Source: Desulfobacteraceae bacterium (GTDB taxonomy: Bacteria > Desulfobacterota > Desulfobacteria > Desulfobacterales > UBA11574). From it: a stretch of 37,494 bases of DNA. Location of the stretch: positions 1 to 37,494 of the forward strand of contig JAUVVL010000003.1 in the NCBI GenBank assembly GCA_030604635.1, given 5' to 3'. Position numbers and translations under genes: made by a program. The notes beneath the pieces are model-generated. The model did no database searches. It was not told where the DNA came from and saw only the letters and a list, made by a program, of their open reading frames with translations. Of the stretch, positions 37,345 through 37,494 are shown piece by piece (position 1 is the first letter of the stretch; each line of letters begins with the position of its first letter).

Positions 37345-37494
37345 GAATAAAACTTGACAAACTCGTACCCAACTTTTTCAAGGCAGCCACGCCTCCCTGA
37401 AGATTGTATGTTTGTTGCACTCCCATCTGGTCCAGTCACCTGGGCCTTGCAGGAACGGACGCCTGTGTTGCAGATAAGGACTATTTTCTTATCT
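37331..37494 (-). pseudogene. C-terminal rhodanese domain (CoA-disulfide-reductase type), frameshifted and cut by the window edge
   Basis: DKKIVLICNTGVRS.KAQVT / DQMGV..TYNLQGG, with a frameshift near 37433. Confidence 0.6.

Overview
This is bacterial chromosomal DNA, probably from a sulfate-reducing Desulfobacterales-type deltaproteobacterium (inferred from protein style and gene order). Bases 149-17816 hold two minus-strand translation superoperons: infC(AUA start)-rpmI-rplT-pheS-pheT-MerR, then tRNA-Gly(CCC), then rimP-nusA-infB-DUF503-rbfA-DHH-truB-rpsO-pnp-M16 peptidase. ihfA, ylxR and thrS are missing from their usual positions. Bases 18569-31413 are mixed: a TadA-like deaminase, a frameshifted HsdR_N gene, a dGTPase, three YkgJ/CxxCxxCC proteins, a decayed sensor kinase-GNAT-HDAC cassette, an atypical SDR, YjbQ, a U32 protein and a FrzS-like pseudo-receiver/coiled-coil protein. 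Bases 32047-37231 form an operon of a selenocysteine formate dehydrogenase (UGA plus SECIS) directly followed by nfnA and nfnB. There is no transposase and no CRISPR array, yet most larger intergenic gaps carry miniature inverted-repeat elements of at least five families, some nested and some with target-site duplications. There are also two candidate structured RNAs: a 188-nt rod after nusA and a ~100-nt end-paired RNA with its own promoter.
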